From positions 136,531 to 200,530 of the forward strand of contig JAIORF010000005.1 in the NCBI GenBank assembly GCA_021108295.1: 64,000 nucleotides of DNA, in the 5' to 3' direction. Of the stretch, positions 59,276 to 64,000 are shown one piece after another. The notes beneath the pieces are model-generated. The model was given only the letters and a program-made list of their open reading frames with translations, ran no database searches and was not told where the DNA came from. This DNA comes from a bacterium (GTDB lineage: Bacteria > Patescibacteriota > Dojkabacteria > SC72). The position numbers and the translations under genes were made by a program. Position 1 is the stretch's first letter; every line of letters begins with the position of its first letter.

Positions 59276-59643
59276 TGGTACAAAGACAGACAATATTAAC
59301 AGTTGCAGATAACAGTGGAGCTAAGACAGCTAAGATCATAGGTATCCCAGGATACTCCAAAAGAAGAACAGCAGGTCTTGGAGATATTGTTAATGTAGCA
59401 GTACAAAAAGCAGCTCCTAATGCTGCACTTAAGCAACACGACGTAGAAAAAGCCGTAATTGTAAGAGTACATAAAGAACATAGAAGAGTAGACGGTACAT
59501 ACATTAGATTTGATGATAATGCAGCAGTAATACTAGACAACAAAAAAGACCCTATAGGTTCAAGAATATTTGGACCAGTAGCAAGAGAATTAAAAGAAAA
59601 AGGATTTGATAAAATAATATCTCTCGCCCCAGAGGTTTTGTAA
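59275..59643 (+). CDS. rplN: 50S ribosomal protein L14
   Basis: [24 protein letters not shown]. Confidence 0.98.
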   Translation: MVQRQTILTVADNSGAKTAKIIGIPGYSKRRTAGLGDIVNVAVQKAAPNAALKQHDVEKAVIVRVHKEHRRVDGTYIRFDDNAAVILDNKKDPIGSRIFGPVARELKEKGFDKIISLAPEVL

Positions 59644-59659
59644 TTTAATAAATATAAAA

Positions 59660-60157
59660 ATGAAGATCAGAAAAGGAGACACAATTAAAATGCTATACGG
59701 CAAAGACTCTGGAAGACAGGGGACTATAATTGTTGTTGAACCAAAGAAAAACAGGGTACTAGTAGAAGGACTGAATATATATAAAAAGCACCTCAAGGGA
59801 GACGGTAAAACAAAAGTATCCGAGATTGTCACAATTACAAAACCAGTATCAATTTCAAAAGTCATGCTTGTATGTCCACAATGTAATAAGCCGACAAGAG
59901 TAGGATATAAGATAGACGGAGATACAAAAGCTAGAATATGTAAAAAATGTGGTAAACCAGTAGATACTAAGAAAGAAGAGAAGAAGGAAGTAAAGAAGAA
60001 GGCTACTAAGAAGAAAGCAACGACTAAGAAGACAACTGTAAAAAAGAAACCAATAACTAAGAAGACCACGGTTAAGAAAAAAGTGGCAACAAAGAAGAAG
60101 GTTACAAAGAAGAAAACTACAACAAAGAAATCTAAATCAAAGAAAACGGAGAAATAA
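59660..60157 (+). CDS. rplX: 50S ribosomal protein L24 with Lys-rich C-terminal tail
   Basis: KIRKGD, GKD.G, VEGLN, CPQC/CKKC; K/T-rich tail. Confidence 0.95.
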   Translation: MKIRKGDTIKMLYGKDSGRQGTIIVVEPKKNRVLVEGLNIYKKHLKGDGKTKVSEIVTITKPVSISKVMLVCPQCNKPTRVGYKIDGDTKARICKKCGKPVDTKKEEKKEVKKKATKKKATTKKTTVKKKPITKKTTVKKKVATKKKVTKKKTTTKKSKSKKTEK

Positions 60158-60705
60158 TGTCAAGATTAAAAGAGGAATATTACAATAAAATAAGAAAAGA
60201 GCTTTTAAAGGAAGGGAAATACCCTAATATAATGGCAGTACCAAACCTAGAGAAGATTGTACTTAATGTCGGTGTAGGTGCAGCAACTACTGATGGTGAT
60301 GCCATTGAAGAGGTAGTTGAAATACTAACCCTCATATCCGGACAAAAACCCCTTATCAACAAAGCTAAAAAAGCAATATCTTCATTCAAAGTCAGAGAAG
60401 GAATGGAAATAGGTGTATCAGTAACACTAAGAGGTGAACGAATGTGGGACTTTTTTGATAAACTTGTAAACGTAGTATTCCCAAGAACAAAAGACTTCAG
60501 AGGACTATCTCCTCAATCTTTTGACGGTGCAGGAAACTACTCCATAGGAATTGAAGACCACACAGTATTCCCAGAAATTGATGTAAATAATACACGAAGA
60601 ATTAGAAGTATGCAGGCAACACTAGTAAACACAGCAAAAGACGACAAATCAGCAAAGATGTTCTTAGATAAATTCGATTTCCCATTCATAAAAGATGTCA
60701 ACTAA
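60157..60705 (+). CDS. rplE: 50S ribosomal protein L5
   Basis: KIVLNVG, SGQKP, VTLRG, FDGAGNY. Confidence 0.97.
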   Translation: MSRLKEEYYNKIRKELLKEGKYPNIMAVPNLEKIVLNVGVGAATTDGDAIEEVVEILTLISGQKPLINKAKKAISSFKVREGMEIGVSVTLRGERMWDFFDKLVNVVFPRTKDFRGLSPQSFDGAGNYSIGIEDHTVFPEIDVNNTRRIRSMQATLVNTAKDDKSAKMFLDKFDFPFIKDVN

Positions 60706-60889
60706 AGCAAAGGAATACAAAGCAAGAGCATTAAAGAAAAAGAGCAAATACGCAACTAGGGTGTATAATAGATGCGAGCTATGTGGAAGATCAAGAGCCT
60801 ATCTTAGACACTACGGTATTTGTAGAATTTGTTTTAGGAAATTAGCAAGTATGGGTGAAATCCCAGGTGTTAAGAAATCTATTTGGTAA
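60695..60889 (+). CDS. rpsN: 30S ribosomal protein S14 (Zn-binding type Z)
   Basis: RCELCGR...CRICFR...GEIPGV. Confidence 0.96.
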   Translation: MSTKAKEYKARALKKKSKYATRVYNRCELCGRSRAYLRHYGICRICFRKLASMGEIPGVKKSIW

Positions 60890-60905
60890 ATTTAAATATA
60901 AAAAT

Positions 60906-61286
60906 ATGAACGATTACATATCAGACCTATTGGCAAGATTACACAACGGAATAATGAGAAAAAGGGAAACAATAACAGTTCCTAACTCAAAAGCTATCAT
61001 AGCAGTCCTAGAAGTTCTTAAACAAGAAGAAATGATTGAAGATTTTCAAAAAGTTGAGGAAATGATAGAAGTAAAACCAATATACGAAGAAGATGGAAAA
61101 CCCTTGGTAGAGCACTTTACTAGAGTAAGTAAACCAGGACAAAGGATGTATGTATCTAGTAAAGAACTGACACCCGTGATGAATGGTAGAGGAATAAATA
61201 TAATATCTACCTCATCTGGAGTGATGACAGGATCTATGGCTAAAAGCAAGAACCTAGGAGGTGAATTAATCTGTAAAGTATGGTAA
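60906..61286 (+). CDS. rpsH: 30S ribosomal protein S8
   Basis: DYISDLLAR, RVSKPGQR.Y, STSSGVMT, GGELIC.VW; start ATG 60906. Confidence 0.96.
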   Translation: MNDYISDLLARLHNGIMRKRETITVPNSKAIIAVLEVLKQEEMIEDFQKVEEMIEVKPIYEEDGKPLVEHFTRVSKPGQRMYVSSKELTPVMNGRGINIISTSSGVMTGSMAKSKNLGGELICKVW

Positions 61287-61289
61287 ACG

Positions 61290-61835
61290 ATGTCTAGAAT
61301 AGGAAACGAACCAATAACAATAGAAGAAGGAGTTACAGTCACAATAAAGGATCGAGTAATTGATGTTAAGGGACCAAAGGGAAAACTTAATATAGAATTA
61401 CCATTCAAACTCACTGCAGAAATAAAGGATAACGAAGTGCTCGTATCGAGAATTGATGAAGAGAAACTTAGCAAATCACTACACGGAACATTTAGAATGC
61501 ATATCGCAAACGCAATAGAAGGAGTAAAAAATGGATATGAGAAGAAATTAGAACTAGTAGGAGTAGGATACAGAGCTAGACTAGAAGGAAAGACATTAGT
61601 AATGACTCTAGGATGGAATCACCCAGTAAAAGTTGAACCATATGAAGGAATTGAAATAGAGGTCCCAGAAGAAACAAAGATTACAATTAAGGGGATTGAC
61701 AAACAACAAGTAGGTGAATTTACTGCAAAAATAAGAGGTATCAGAAAACCAGAACCATACAAAGGAAAAGGAATCAGATACGAAGGAGAATATGTAAAAA
61801 GGAAAAGTTCTAAATCTAGTTTAGGAGTAGCATAA
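61290..61835 (+). CDS. rplF: 50S ribosomal protein L6
   Basis: MSRIG, GPKG, GVGYRA, PEPYKGKGIRY. Confidence 0.98.
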   Translation: MSRIGNEPITIEEGVTVTIKDRVIDVKGPKGKLNIELPFKLTAEIKDNEVLVSRIDEEKLSKSLHGTFRMHIANAIEGVKNGYEKKLELVGVGYRARLEGKTLVMTLGWNHPVKVEPYEGIEIEVPEETKITIKGIDKQQVGEFTAKIRGIRKPEPYKGKGIRYEGEYVKRKSSKSSLGVA

Positions 61836-61836
61836 T

Positions 61837-62160
61837 ATGAAAAAAACAAGTAAACAAAAAAGACAAAGAAGAAAAATGCATATTAGAAAAACTCTAAGTG
61901 GAACAAAGTTGGTACCAAGAGTGTTTGTATTTAAAAGCAATAAATACTTTTACCCAGGACTGGCAAATGATGACGAGAATAAGGTGATAATGAGCAAAAT
62001 ATGTAAAAAGAATGAAAAAGAGATTGTATCTTTAGCAAAAACAATGTCAAAGAAACTCTCTAAATATGACAAATTAGTATTTGATAGAAGTGGATATAAA
62101 TACCACGGACTAATCAAACTCTTTGTAGAAACACTTAGAGAAAATAAAGTTAATATATAG
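61837..62160 (+). CDS. rplR: 50S ribosomal protein L18
   Basis: PRVFVFKSNK, VFDRSGYKYHG. Confidence 0.95.
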   Translation: MKKTSKQKRQRRKMHIRKTLSGTKLVPRVFVFKSNKYFYPGLANDDENKVIMSKICKKNEKEIVSLAKTMSKKLSKYDKLVFDRSGYKYHGLIKLFVETLRENKVNI

Positions 62161-62169
62161 TAACCAAAA

Positions 62170-62913
62170 ATGCAAAACAGAAACAATAAAAATCGCAGAA
62201 ATCACAGAAGACAACCAAGAGGATATGAGAAAAAGACAGTATCTATCCGAAGAGTTGCTAAAGTAACCAAAGGTGGTAGAAGACTCAGATTTAGTGCAAT
62301 GGTAATAGTAGGAGACAAGAAAGGGAAAGTGGGAATAGGACTTGGAAGAGGAAGTGATACTAGAAGCGCAGTTGAAAAAGGAGAAAGAGTTGCAGTCAAA
62401 GCTATGACACCAATTCAACTAATAGGAGACACAATACCACACGAGATAGAACATAAACATGGATCTGCAAGAGTATTACTTAGACCTGCAAAACAAGGTA
62501 CAGGTATCATTGCAGGATCTTCAGTAAGAGTAGTGTTGGAGCTAGCAGGTATTGAGAATGTATATGGGAAATTACTAGGAAGTAACGACCCTATCTCAAA
62601 TGCATACTGTACTTTTGAAGCACTACAAGAATTAAGAAATGGAAGAGTCCTAAGAAAAATGAGAGTGATGAGAGAAAGAGTTCAGTGGAAGAAAGATGCA
62701 GATGCTGAAAGAAAGACAAAAGAAATTGCAAAAAGAAAAGCAAACAGAAAGAACTACCAAAAGGATAATCGTAAAAAACAGAAGCCTAATAAGAAATTTG
62801 TAACTAAACCAGTAAAGAAGGGAGTTAAGAAAAAGCCTGTAACCAAGCCAGTAAAAAAAGAAGTTAAGAAAAAATCCGTAACTAAATCAGTAAAAAAAGA
62901 AGTTAAGAAATAA
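62170..62913 (+). CDS. rpsE: 30S ribosomal protein S5 with Lys-rich tail
   Basis: RVAKVTKGGRR.RFSA, PAKQGTGIIAG. Confidence 0.97.
   Translation: MQNRNNKNRRNHRRQPRGYEKKTVSIRRVAKVTKGGRRLRFSAMVIVGDKKGKVGIGLGRGSDTRSAVEKGERVAVKAMTPIQLIGDTIPHEIEHKHGSARVLLRPAKQGTGIIAGSSVRVVLELAGIENVYGKLLGSNDPISNAYCTFEALQELRNGRVLRKMRVMRERVQWKKDADAERKTKEIAKRKANRKNYQKDNRKKQKPNKKFVTKPVKKGVKKKPVTKPVKKEVKKKSVTKSVKKEVKK
62791..62907 (+). repeat. 3 x 39-bp tandem repeat in the S5 tail
   Basis: KKFVTKPVKKGVK / KKPVTKPVKKEVK / KKSVTKSVKKEVK. Confidence 0.85.
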
Positions 62914-62933
62914 TAAGTTAAAGAAATCAAAAT

Positions 62934-63380
62934 ATGTATTTACACACCATACCAAAAAGAAATAAGAGAAGGATGAAAGCAAAAAGAATTGGAAGAGGAA
63001 TTGGCTCTGGAGTAGGAGGCCATACAGTAGGAAGAGGTATGAAAGGACAAAAATCTAGATCTGGACACAAATCCCTTGTTGCCTTCGAAGGAGGTAATAC
63101 ACCATTCTTTAGAAGAATGCCAAAATTAAGTGGATTTAAACCAATAGGCAAGACTGAATATACAGCAGTAAACCTAGATGTAATCCAATCAAACTTTAAA
63201 TCTGGTGAGACTGTAAATATCACAAACCTTAAGGAAAAAGGACTAATTGGGAATAGAATAGAAGATGTAAAAATATTAGGTAGTGGAGAACTAAAGAAAA
63301 AGGTAACCATTGAAGGATTACCAATGTCTAAGAGTGCACAAGAGAAAATCATTGGTGCAGGTGGTACAATCAAGGAATAG
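62934..63380 (+). CDS. rplO: 50S ribosomal protein L15
   Basis: RIGRGIGSG, GRGMKGQKSRSG, FEGG, VKILG.G. Confidence 0.97.
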   Translation: MYLHTIPKRNKRRMKAKRIGRGIGSGVGGHTVGRGMKGQKSRSGHKSLVAFEGGNTPFFRRMPKLSGFKPIGKTEYTAVNLDVIQSNFKSGETVNITNLKEKGLIGNRIEDVKILGSGELKKKVTIEGLPMSKSAQEKIIGAGGTIKE

Positions 63381-63401
63381 TACTATTTAAAAATATCAAA
63401 T

Positions 63402-64000
63402 ATGTCAAAAATTCTTGAAAAACTCCAGAATATCTGGAAAACAAAAGATATAAGAAAGAAGATACTCTTCTCAATAGGTATTCTCATATTCTACCGTGTA
63501 CTTGCTGCAATACCAGTTGTAGGTATCCCTGCTGATGCGCTTGTTAAACTCTTCGAAGGAAATGACCTAGGAGACCTCTTGAGCACGATATCCGGTGGAG
63601 TCCTTGAAACAGCCTCCATTGTCGCTATCGGACTTGCACCATACATAAATGCATCCATTGTATTCCAACTACTAGGTTCGGTAATTCCTAAGTTAGAAGA
63701 ATTAAGAAAAAGTGGAGCAGATGGTAGGAAGACAATAAGTATGTACACAAGGCTTCTAACGGTACCACTAGCAATATTACAATCATTCGTTATTTACTCT
63801 ACGCTAAGAGGATTTGGACTCATTGAACAACTAGATATCCTCCCACTCATTACAATGTCTATGACGCTGACAGCAGGATCTGTAATAATGATGTGGCTAA
63901 GTGAATTAATATCGGAAGATGGATTAGGTGGAGGCTCCTCATACCTAATATTTCTAGGTATCATATCTGGAATCCCTGGAACTATAAAAAGCAATTTAAT
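63402..64000 (+). CDS. secY: Preprotein translocase SecY (partial, runs off the window)
   Basis: Manual translation MSKILEKLQNIWKTKDIRKKILFSIGILIFYR...PYINASIVFQLL; follows rplO. Confidence 0.95.
   Translation, partial: MSKILEKLQNIWKTKDIRKKILFSIGILIFYRVLAAIPVVGIPADALVKLFEGNDLGDLLSTISGGVLETASIVAIGLAPYINASIVFQLLGSVIPKLEELRKSGADGRKTISMYTRLLTVPLAILQSFVIYSTLRGFGLIEQLDILPLITMSMTLTAGSVIMMWLSELISEDGLGGGSSYLIFLGIISGIPGTIKSNL

Noticed and set aside
372-63994. Numerous 60-220 aa antisense or alternate-frame ORFs in the ORF track (e.g. 15032-15490, 37261-37914, 57486-57989)
   Set aside because: They lie within well-supported genes, show no motifs and have shadow-ORF composition
1-64000. Alternative genetic code (UGA=Gly, code 25)
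   Set aside because: Conserved genes translate full length under code 11

Overview
AT-rich chromosomal segment of a small-genome bacterium. Several traits fit Patescibacteria/CPR: no rpmD, short AlaRS and IF2, a chromosomal PrgI/VirB4 cluster, and no obvious Shine-Dalgarno motifs. A Dojkabacteria-like lineage is only a guess. ORFs read normally in code 11. In order, the window holds: the glyA 3' end, a degenerate ThyX-like gene, dcd, sufS and a Lon AAA module with no protease domain; a PrgI/TraC-like/VirB4 operon; recF, lepA and rpsT; a cell-envelope region (Ig/FN3/DUF11 proteins, LCP, mltG, sortase, orphan sugar-binding protein); an HUH/RAYT transposase flanked by a 28-bp inverted repeat; dnaJ and nusA-infB-rpsO-pnp; a small nuclease/DUF1801 islet; rRNA methyltransferases; a Cys-rich/VirB6-like/M23 operon; pcrA, an Rpf-like protein and a TPR protein; then fusA, tuf and the S10-spc cluster up to a partial secY. 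Most notable are a possible split, domesticated T4SS-like envelope machine, the IR-flanked RAYT element, altered G4/G5 motifs in both EF-Tu and EF-G, many -10 boxes just upstream of ATG (leaderless genes), a promoter in place of rpmC, and a probable rarA remnant between fusA and tuf. I saw no tRNA, rRNA or CRISPR array. All calls come from motif recognition by eye; no searches were run.
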